NCBI GenBank assembly: GCA_043228905.1
Contig: JBHGNT010000010.1
Coordinates: 15,748,001-15,812,000, forward strand
Length of the DNA stretch: 64,000 bases
Source: Azolla caroliniana
Taxonomy: Eukaryota; Plantae; Polypodiophyta
Direction: 5' to 3'
Part shown: one piece after another, positions 11,285 to 22,000 of the stretch
Numbering within the stretch: position 1 is the first letter of the stretch
Layout: each line of letters begins with the position of its first letter
Notes under the pieces: generated by a model
What the model was told of the DNA's origin: nothing
Seen by the model: only the letters and a program-made list of their open reading frames with translations
The model's database searches: none
Program-made: the position numbers and the translations under genes

Positions 11285-14200
11285 AGAACGTAATTTCAAA
11301 AATTATATCAAGGCTCTGTCATACACACTGTGCTAAGTAGCACTATTTATACAAGTCCTCTTGGGACTGACAGAAGTACCATGTACTTCAATGCTCACAC
11401 GAGCATCTGACACTTACTACGAGACTATAGATACCTAGTAGTCTATCCTATTCTAGGCTTCCGATTGGACTGCCGGTTACGGATTGCACCCGGCCTCCAC
11501 TGCTTGCCGGTTCGGTTGCTCACCGTCATACCGATCCGTTTCGCCCGATCCGTCTCGCTTACCGGCTCCGGCTTATTCAGCCGATCCGGCTCCGGTTGAG
11601 CTTGCCGCTCAACACTCCCCCTCAAGCTCAACCTGAGGTGGGGTCGTAGTGTCGACCTCTGTGGTCGTCGGTTCTTCCAACCGACTTCTCCTGGCGTCAC
11701 TCCACCTTGCTCGCGCTCCTCGTCCGGTCCGGTCCCGTTTGCCGCGACCCCTTTGGTTCTGCGCGGCTCGACCCTCTCGGTCGGTATGTTTGCTCAATAG
11801 GCCCATCTCAGCAGTCACGTTGCTATGACTCCGGCGCTTGCTGATCCGTCGGTTCTCCCACGATGGCATCGACTTCCGCTGTGTCTGTGTCCCCTTGGCC
11901 TTCAGTCGATCCGTCTCATCCGGATCCATCTGTTGATCCGAGTCAGCTGTCTCCGACTCGTTCCAGCTCTTGTCCGAATCGGTACACCCCGATTCGACTT
12001 CCGGCGTTAGGCCTCTCACCACATCGGACCACTTTCGAGTCTTGGCCTTCTCCATGCTTCCCTCGGCTTCTTCAGCCGGTGAACCGAAATCGAATTCTTC
12101 ATTCGACTCTGTATCATGGTCAGTACCATCGTGATGACCTCCGCACAGCATGCGCTTCTCTTCCTGAGTGCACAACTCTTCTTCACAACCGCTTCCTCCG
12201 ACCTGTTCGGATGTGTCGACTTTCTTCGTCGACTCGGCTTCCTTTAGCTTCTTGCCTCCTCTTCTTCCGGCTCTCCTCTTACCGACGGGTTCTACAGGTT
12301 TTTGGCCTTTGCTCGTTTTGGTAGAGACTTTGCCCTTGCTTCTCCCCCTCAAGTGCGGCACGTCGAGATGCTGAATACTAAGCATGTCGGTAAAGTGCTG
12401 CAACTTGTTCGATCCGAGCGGCTTGGTGAAGATGTCGGCAATTTGCCGATCTGTATGAACATACCGTAGGTCAACTTCACCGCTTAGGACCCGCTCACGC
12501 ACGAAGTGGTAGTGCACCTCGATGTGTTTTGTGCTAGCATGGAACACAGGGTTCCTGGCGAGCTGCAGGCTGCTCATGTTATCACAGTAAATCGGGATCG
12601 GGGTCGGCACCTCGATCCGCAAGTCTCGCAACAATCGCCGAAGCCAGATGGCTTCACAAGTGGCAACGGTAGCGGCCCGGTACTCAGCCTCAGTGCTTGA
12701 CAAAGCCACTGTGGGTTGCTTCTTGCTGCTCCATGCAACGGCCGCGCTACCTATGGAGAACATGTATCCGGAAGTGGAGCGGCGATCAGACGCATCGCCG
12801 GCCCAGTCAGCATCGGTGTAACCGACAAGCTCTTCGGGTATGCCTCGCCGGTATAGCAGTCCCCGGTCCTTAGTGCCGCTGACATACCGTAATATTCTTT
12901 GCGCGCACTGAAGGTGCTCCAGGGTCGGCTTCTGCATGAACTGACTTACCATCCCGACCGGATAGTTGATGTCGGGTCGGGTGATGGTTAAGTAGATTAG
13001 GCTTCCGACAACTTGTCGGAACCGTTTCTCATTGCAGGCCGGTCCGGAGTTGGGACGGAGCTTCTGGTTTTGGTCCAGGGGTGTGGAGACAGGTCGGCAA
13101 TCCGTCATGCCGAACTTATACAACATATTCAACACGTAATGTCGTTGTGAGAGCAATATGCCGTCGGCGGTCCGGATCACTTCGATCCCAAGAAAATAAT
13201 GAAGGTCCCCCAGGTCCTTCATCTCGAATGCGTTCGACAACTGGGACTTGACGCGATTGATTTCGGGAAGACCCGGTCCGGTGATGACTAAATCATCCAC
13301 ATACAAGAGTATACATACCGGACCGTCAGAGCCTTGCCGGATGAATAACGAAGAGTTCGACTTAGAGACAGCAAACCCCAGTTTACGCAACCGGTGCGTG
13401 ATCTTCGCGTTCCAAGCTCGGGGGGCTTGCTTCAAGCCGTAAAGCGACTTCTTCAGTCGGCATACCGCCGACTTGTTCATCTCCGAGTGAAATCCGGGGG
13501 GCTCAGTCATAAAGACTTCTTCTTCAAGCTCTCCTTGAAGGAAGGCGTTCTTCACATCCATCTGGTGAAGATGCCACCCCCTTGCCGTAGCAACTGCCAG
13601 TACCACACGAACCGTCGTCATCTTCGCCACAGGAGTGAAGGTCTCGTCGTAGTCGATTCCGTGGGTCTGCGCGTATCCCTTCGCCACTAACCGGGCTTTG
13701 TACCGGTTAACAGAACCGTCGGCGTTGTACTTGACCTTGTACACCCACTTGCATCCGATCGGTTTACAGTGACAGGGAGGATCAACTAGGTCCCAAGTTT
13801 CGTTGGCATCGAGTGCCCGCATTTCTTCGTCCATAGCGGCACGCCAATTTGCGTCCTTTGCCGCTTCTGCGTAGCTCTCCGGCTCGTGCACTTCTGTCAC
13901 CTTAGTCATGTACGCATAATGATGCGCCATGTATTCATTGTACTCGTACCGCACGACGGGATCCTTCTGACGGGTTGATCGGCGCAACGCACTGTCACCT
14001 GATGTGAGGCCCTTCTTGGCCAGTTCGGTCTTCGTTGCCGAAGATCTACCTTTCTCATTTCCGGAGTTGGATACGCACTGATCCGACTCATCGATGCCGG
14101 TTTCGAATTCCGGCATCTTCCTTTTCCCTTTCTCTTTGCGCGTGAACCGTTTCCTCGGTTCCTTGCGCGGGGAGAGCACGACAGAGTCTCCACCACTTGC

Positions 14201-16787
14201 CGTCTCTTCATCCGACTGGTCCAACCGACTCAGTCGCTTGTTCGGTCCACCCAACCGTAACGATTCCGGACTCTCATCTGGAGTCCCTGCATCATCATCC
14301 TTTGCCAGGGCTGATTCAGGCTCACTGGCCTGATCTTCCGACATTGGGTCGGGATCGGAAGTTGGAGTCGGTATGGAGTACCAGGATGCCGATTCATCGA
14401 ACTTGACATCCCGGCTAACTCGAACTTCCTTCGTCCGGGGGTTATAACACTTATACCCCTTTTGCTCTTGAGCATAGCCGACTAGGATGCATTTTTCCGA
14501 TTTTGCATCCAGCTTCCTCCGCTTCTGATCCGGCACATGCACATACGCTATGCTGCCAAATATCCGAAGGTGTCTTAAGTTCGGCTTGCGCCCGAAATAC
14601 AGCTCATGAGCTGACACCTTGTCACCAATGCGGTTTTGTATGTAGACGGCCGTCTGGACCGCCTCCTCCGCCCAGTAGAACCGGGGCATGCTCTTCTCCT
14701 CCAACATTGTCCTTGCTGCTTCGACGAGTGTCCGGTTCTTCCTTTCGGCCACACCGTTTTGCTCCGGTGTGTATCTGCAGCTGAACTCTCGCCGAATTCC
14801 CTTCTGCTGCAGATAACGAGTGAATTGGCCGGAAAAATATTCCTTTCCGCCATCCGACCGAAGGCATTTGATCTTCCTCTCTGATTCCCGTTCCACCATC
14901 TTCTGGAGGCTCCGGAAACAGTCGAAGACTTCGCTCTTCCGCTCAATGAGGTAGATCCAAGCATGCCGAGTATAGTCGTCGATGAAGGAGACGAAGTATC
15001 GGCTCCCGCCAAGGCTCACACTTTGTGCCGGTCCCCACACATCCGAATGGATGAGATCGAGCTTGTTACGGCTCCGGTTCCGTTCGATGGGGAATGGAAG
15101 CTGGTGTTGCTTCCCAAGTTGGCAGGCTTCACAAATTTCGGCTCTCCGGCCGCTGAACTTCAGCAAACCGAAAACGACTTGTTTCGTTTGCAGATCTTGA
15201 AGCCTTTGGTAGTTGACGTGGCCTATCCGTTTGTGCCACAGGTTGATGTCCGACTCGACCTTCTGTCGTTTCGCGAACAGAGCGGTGCCAAAGTCATTGG
15301 TGTCGAGGATAAACATCCTCTCATCTCTGCGCCCTTGCGCAATGACTTCGCCCTCATCCTCAAAGAAGCACCCGAGGTGCGTAAACCGCACCTGCATCCC
15401 CTGGTCGACAATCTGACCGACGGACACTAGGTTCTTCGTGATCGTCGGAACGTGTAACACGTTCATCAGCTTCCCTTTCTATCCGACGTGGCTTAGAGGG
15501 ACTTCTCCGACGTGCACGATTGGGTGAGGAGTGTCGTCTCCGGTTTCGACTACTCCTGGTTGATTCGGTCTCTCCAGAAAGGAGAACCACTCTTTGTGGC
15601 TCGTCATGTGGTTCGACGCGCCGGAATCAACATACCACACTTCCTCCGATTTGGAAGTGGTCTTCTTCATTGAGTTTGCCTTGTGATTCATCACCAAGGC
15701 TGGCCCCTTACCGGCCTTTCCGGTTCCGGATCCTCCTGATCCGTTTGCGTAGTGCGAGTTTTGCCGGCCATCCTTACCGGTCTTGCCGGATCCGGATTTG
15801 TCCGAATCGGCACGCTTTCTCCAACACTCGCTTTCCCTGTGGCCTCTTTCGCCATAGTACCAGCATTCCGTAGCGGATTTGTCTTGCCGGCCTCCGGCAC
15901 CACCTTGACTCCCCCTGCTTGTGGAAGTCCCAGAACTGCTGTCAGCACACTCATAGTGCCTCCGTTCCTGCTCTTGCCGGCCGCCTCCATTGCATGCCGA
16001 CCCACCTCTTCCACCACGCCCACAGTGCCAATCCGTTCCCGTGTACAACATTCGGTTGTCCGGGGATGCACTGGTAGATGCACCGGCGTGGTTCTCCTCT
16101 ACAAGGAGCATCGACTGTAAGTCGTAGAATGAGGGGGTATTCTCCCTTGTACAAACCGCAGTCCGGAACGCTCCGAACTTGGACGCCAGGCCTCCGAGAC
16201 ATACCTGCACCATCTCGTCTTCCTCTACGGTAACATTGATAGAGGCGAGTGAGTCGCAAATCTCCTTTATCCGGCCCGTGTAGTCTGCCACGGACATGTT
16301 CTTCTGTCGAACATTGCTCAACTCCTGTCTGAGTTGCAGCTTCCGGGCAGTGTTGCTTGCGGCGAAAACCTTTTTCAGGTTCCCCCAAGCATCCTTCGGT
16401 GTCTTGGCATCACGGATGTGGCTGAGCAGCTGATCGCCGACACTGGATGCGAAGCAGTACATCACCATGCTTGCCGCTTGTTCCCATACCGGGAAGTCCT
16501 TGTGTGCCGAGTCTGGCGCTGCATCATTCGCTCCTTCGACATAACTCCAGTACCCGTGTCCAAGCAGGTATTGGTGCATCTTGTAAGACCAGGATGCGTA
16601 GTTGCTCCTGTCGAGCTTTTCCACCGGGAGCGACGTAGCCATGCCTCTATCCATGTCTTCTACTGTGTCTGTTTTCGACCTGTTAGGGTTTTCTTCTCAA
16701 GAGTAAATGTCTGCAGCAGAGGTTCTCAACCCTCGCGCTCTGATACCATGTAAATGTAAGTGTTTGCGGAAGCGTAAAACAGAGAAC

Positions 16788-16823
<36 letters not shown>

Positions 16824-17153
16824 AGAACGTAATTTCAAAAATTATATCAAGGCTCTGTCATACACACTGTGCTAAGTAGCACTATTTATACAAGTCCTCT
16901 TGGGACTGACAGAAGTACCATGTACTTCAATGCTCACACGAGCATCTGACACTTACTACGAGACTATAGATACCTAGTAGTCTATCCTATTCTAGGCTTC
17001 CGATTGGACTGCCGATTACGGATTGCACCCGGCCTCCACTGCTTGCCGGTTCGGTTGCTCACCGTCATACCGATCCGTTTCGCCCGATCCGTCTCGCTTA
17101 CCGGCTCCGGCTTATTCAGTCGATCCGGCTCCGGTTGAGCTTGCCGCTCAACA
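11198..17153 (-). mobile_element. Copia-B: young full-length Ty1/Copia inserted antisense in Copia-A gag (same lineage as Copia-A)
   Basis: 5' LTR 16749-17153 and 3' LTR 11198-11614, differing by about 3 SNPs plus (GA)n length. TSD CGGTA (11193-11197, 17154-17158); iMet PBS at 16737-16748; PPT at 11615-11626. Confidence 0.96.
11609..16654 (-). pseudogene. gag-pol: Copia-B gag-pol, a single reading frame broken by one in-frame TAG at 15479-15481
   Basis: ORFs 16654-15479 (gag, degenerate zinc knuckle CWYYGERGHRESEC, PR WYVDSGAS) and 15466-11609 (IN, RT LYVDD, RNase H, long C-terminal tail) are in the same frame, separated by GGA TAG AAA (probably CAG to TAG). Confidence 0.9.
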
Positions 17154-19069
17154 CGGTAGGAGTTGAACAATATTCAGTAGGGGGATATGTTTGTGATGGA
17201 CTATACCCTCCGGATCAAAGACTTATGCGATTCACTTGGCTCCATCAATGTCGCAGTTGATGATGACGAGATGGTGCATATCTGCCTTGGCGGCCTCGCA
17301 CAAAAATATGGCTCATTTTGAACTGCCATAACAACAAGGGAGAACCCCCCACCCAAGCTTTTTCGACTTGGAATCCATGCTAATGGTTGAGGAGAACCAT
17401 ACACGGTCGAAAAGCACGACATGTAATGGGCAGATGCTATATACACATGATGATCTCGGTTGAGGTCACGGTCGTGGTCATGGAAATAGGGGGAGGAATG
17501 GTTGAGGAAGAGGTGCATGGCGTCCACAACAATTTAATTCCAAGCAGTAAGAAGGTCGAAACAGCCGAGGGAATTCCGGCAAAAAGGGGAGCTTCCACCA
17601 GCCTACATCAACCAGGCAGAACCAACAAACTGAGTGCTGGTATTGTGGAAATCCTGGCCACTTTGAAGCCGAGTGTCGGAAGAAGAAGAATAACTCAGCT
17701 GCCTCATCCCGACAGCAAACAAACTATGCTGTGATGGCTGACCTAGAAAACAAAGGCCCGATGTTTGTTATGCGACACCGAGTGAATAGCATGATAACAA
17801 GTGTTTCCCAATCTGATGATGTATGGTTCATGGACTCAGGTGCCTCAAATCACATGACAACTCATCAAGAATGGTTCATGAATTTTAGGGAACCCGAGAG
17901 ACCTGTCGTGGTGGAGGCCGGTGATGACTCCACACACATGATTGAGCACATTGGAGATGTGGCCCTTAACAATCACGACAACAAGGGTTACATGAAGGAT
18001 GTACTCCATGTGCCGACAATCACAAACAATTTGGTCTCGGTTGGCCAAATTGTCGAACAAGGAATGCAAGTACGATTCAACCAGGAAGGTTGCTTCATCG
18101 AGGATAAGGGCCAACTTATCGCTCATGCAAGAAGAGAAGGTCGCATGTTTATTCTTGATGTGACTGAGGTGAATACAACAATGTATGGAAAGGGACTCAA
18201 GGCTGAGTTTGATATTGAGTTGTGGCACAAAAGGTTGGCCATGTAAACCTCGGTAAACTGCGATCAATGCAAACAAAAGGGGTTGTGCACGGATTGCCAC
18301 GATTTACTTTGAAACATCCTGATAATGTATGTGAGGCGTGCCAACTAGGCAAGCAACATAGGCATCCATTCCTAAATGAAAGAAATGTGAGTAAAGGCTT
18401 GTTGGACGTCATCCACTCAGATGTATGGGCCCTAGCTCAAACAACGACAATCGGTGGGTGTAGGTACTTCATTACCTTCATTGATGACTATTTGCGGGAT
18501 ACTTGGATATGCTCGATGAAGTTGAAAAGTGAGGTCTTCTCCCACTTTCGCAAGTTAAAGAATCACGTGGAAAATGAGACGAATCACAAGATTCGATGCT
18601 TACGGTCTTATGGTGGCCAAGAATACTTCTCAACCGAGTTCAAGGCCTTTCTAGAAGAGAAGGGGATTCGCCGGGAATTCTCTTGCCGGTACACACCACA
18701 ACAAAATGGTGTTGTTGAGCGGAAGAATCGCACAATTCTTGAGATGGCCCGCGCCATGTTGCATGAGAAGAACATGCCCAAGATCTATTGGGCAGAGGCA
18801 GTAGTTATGGTTGTGCATCTCATCAATAGGTGCATGACCGAGGGTGTCCATGACATCACCCTCACAAGAAGTATTTTGGGACAAAGCCAGACCTTTCGCA
18901 CTTGAAAGTTTTTGGCAGCATTGCATTTGTGCATGTCCCCGATGAGAAGCGGAGAAAGCTTGACCCAAAATCGAAGAAGGATCCTCGTTGGTTACTCACT
19001 TGAGCAAAAGGGTTACAAGTGTTTTAACCCCATCACTTGACAATCACGAGTAAGCCGAGATGTGGTATT

Positions 19070-22000
19070 TGTCGAATACAAGTGTATAATGGACGTATTC
19101 ACACTATCTCTTTGTATAGATCAAGTTTGGGCCATTTGTGTAATTAGCATAAATGGTAGTTGCCCTAAGTCGGTCACTATATATAGTGACCTTGTAACCT
19201 TTTTGTAAGGTTGGGTTGTATTATTATTTTCTATTGAATAGAAGAGTCTTTTGTCTCTCTCTCTCTCTCTCTCTGTGCACGATCTATGATTCTGTTATAC
19301 GCAGGTTCTCAACCCTAATCGAATGCTTCTTGATCTTCCGCATTGACGACTTCTGTCTGCAACATCTGGTATCAGAGCCTGCACAGTATTCGGTCCTTCA
19401 TCCCGCTGTCGGCCGTCGTCTCAGCCTGCACAACATTCGGTTTCCTGCGTCATTCGAAGAAGAGAGAATAAGAAGAAAAACGAGGCTTGCATCTCATCGC
19501 GTTAGATCATCTTCGCTTGGAGTAAGCCAGCAGGTTGTACTCTGTTCCTTGTGATCGTAACCGCTCGAGGTGAAATCCCCTTGTGCAACATTGACACGAT
19601 CGTGCTCCACTCGGTTAAACGGCATCCGAAGAGGTCATCAAACGCTGCTCGCCGCTCATTGTAACCACTCGGTGCAGATCGGTCTCAAGACAACAACCCC
19701 AATTCGCGCTTCATCCGGCTGATCGACATTCGCGAGGATCAGTTGGATCCGTCTCTCTCGTCGCTGCAGTCACCCGAAGCAGAATCGGTCCTGACAATCG
19801 GTTTCAATAATTGGTATTTGGCATATATATTCGGAAGCGAACCGGGCTCACTCCGACTCGGCAACATTCGGGAAGACCAGTCGGTTCTGTCCCTCAAGTT
19901 ACCGGAGTCAATTCGAGCAAGTTCAACAATACATATATCCGAAGCCGAACCGACTCGGGTTCAAATCCGACTAGAACGATATCGGGTGAGCCAACCGGCT
20001 GCACTCCAACAAGGTCCGTAGTCAACTCCGAACCGAGCTTCGTCAACCGAAACCAAATTTGATGGCATCAACATCCGGCTCGTCAGAAATGAGTCTACGA
20101 AAGTTCGATGGATCGAACTTCAACTTCTGGAAGGAGCAAATGCAGGACTATCTCATAGTCAAGGGGCAAATCGATCCCATCGAAAATGAAGAACCTCCAG
20201 AAGGATACAAACCAATTGAGTGGCAAAAGCTGGACAGAATCGTCCGCGCCACGATTCGGATGCACCTATCGGAATCGGTATACTTTACGGTGCAATCGTG
20301 TACGACAGCATTCGAACTGTGGAAAACACTGTCGGACACCTACGAAAAGAAGGTCGCTGCAATGAAGATGTTTCTGATCCGGCGCCTCTACAACTTGCGA
20401 ATGAAAGAATCAGATTCGGTTCAAGCACATCTCAATGAGTACGACAGCATAAGCTCCCAAATCTCATCTCAGGGGACGGCAATCGAGGATGAACTCAGAG
20501 CAATGATACTCATGAGCAGCCTTCCCTCATCATGGGAAACTTTCGTCACAACTGTGTGCAACGCGTCAACTACGGCTGTTAAATACTCCGAAGTCACGAG
20601 CGCAATCCTGACCGAAGCAGCTCGGAGAAAGTCTTTCGCCAAAGACTCAACAGACGACGCTTATGTAGTACAAGGTTCGACAGACCGATCGAACATACGA
20701 GGAAGAGATTCCTCACGGCAGCCGAACAATCAGCAAAGACGGAGCCAATCACGGGATAATCGAATCTGCAACTATTGCAAGAAACCCGGACACATCAAAG
20801 CCGACTGCCGCGCACTCAAAAACAAGAACGACAAGTCTCAGAAATCAGACAAGAAGAGTGGCCGGCATGAGGAGATCAATTACATCAGCTTCTCAGCTGA
20901 TGTGCTACCAAACGACCCGAATATACTATCAATCGAAAATCCAGTCGGATCAGAAGTTCTGCTCACGACTGAAGAATCGAGCACATGGCTCTTAGATTCG
21001 GGCGCGTCATTTCACTTGACTCCTCATCGATCCCAATTTCGGCAATATACGATCCGTCACTCCGACTCAGTTCGAGTCGGCAACTCGCAACACTGTGACA
21101 TCATTGGAATCGGCACAGTAGAGCTCAACCTTGCAGGTGGCTCTACACTTGTACTTCACAATGTCCGACATGTACCCGAGCTCTCAAGGCCATTGATCTC
21201 AGTCGGACAACTAGATGAAGACGGCATTCGTGCCGATTTTTCTTCGGGAGGGTGGACACTCCACAGGGGGAACCTCCTGCTTGCTAGAGGACCCAAGATA
21301 CACTCACTGTATCCGTTACATGTTACGCTCAGAGAGGGTAACCTGTTTTTGGTGGATATTCCTGTGTCATCACTATGGCACAGAAGATTAGGACACCTCA
21401 GCAAGGCCGGCATTACGCACCTATCTAGAGCCGGATACATCCCTAAACTCTCCTTCTCCGACCATCAATTCTGCGAACATTGCCAGTATGGCAAACAAGC
21501 AGCCGCATCACACCCGACATCAGCACCAAGAGAAACGAGACCTCTCGATTTAGTCCACTCGGACGTCTGTGGCCCAATGCCGCATCAGTCTCTTGGCGGT
21601 GCCTCTTACTTCGTCAGTTTTATTGACGATTCGACTCGAAAGGTGTGGGCTTATCCAATTCGCACCAAAGATCGTGTCTTCTCGATCTTCTCCGATTGGC
21701 TCGCTATGGTAGAAAATCAAACTGACCGAAAACTGAAATGCTTTCGGACCGACAATGGGGGAGAGTTCAAATCAGAAGAATTCGTCAAATTCTGCCGACA
21801 ACGCGGCATCCGACGTGAATTTACGGCACCACACAGTCCGGAGCAAAACGGGATTGCAGAACGCATGAATCGGACAATCCAAGAACGGATAGTTTCCATG
21901 CTCCAACACTCCAGACTGTCGGATGGCTTCTGGGCAGAGGCTCTACTCACGGCAGTACACATAATCAATATGTCGCCAAGTAGACCTCTAGGACTTCAAA

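Noticed and set aside
15479-15481. In-frame TAG between Copia-B gag and pol as programmed readthrough
   Set aside because: It falls inside the protease region and lacks a CARYYA-type readthrough context. Related Copia-A is open across the equivalent position, and CAG-to-TAG decay is the simpler explanation.
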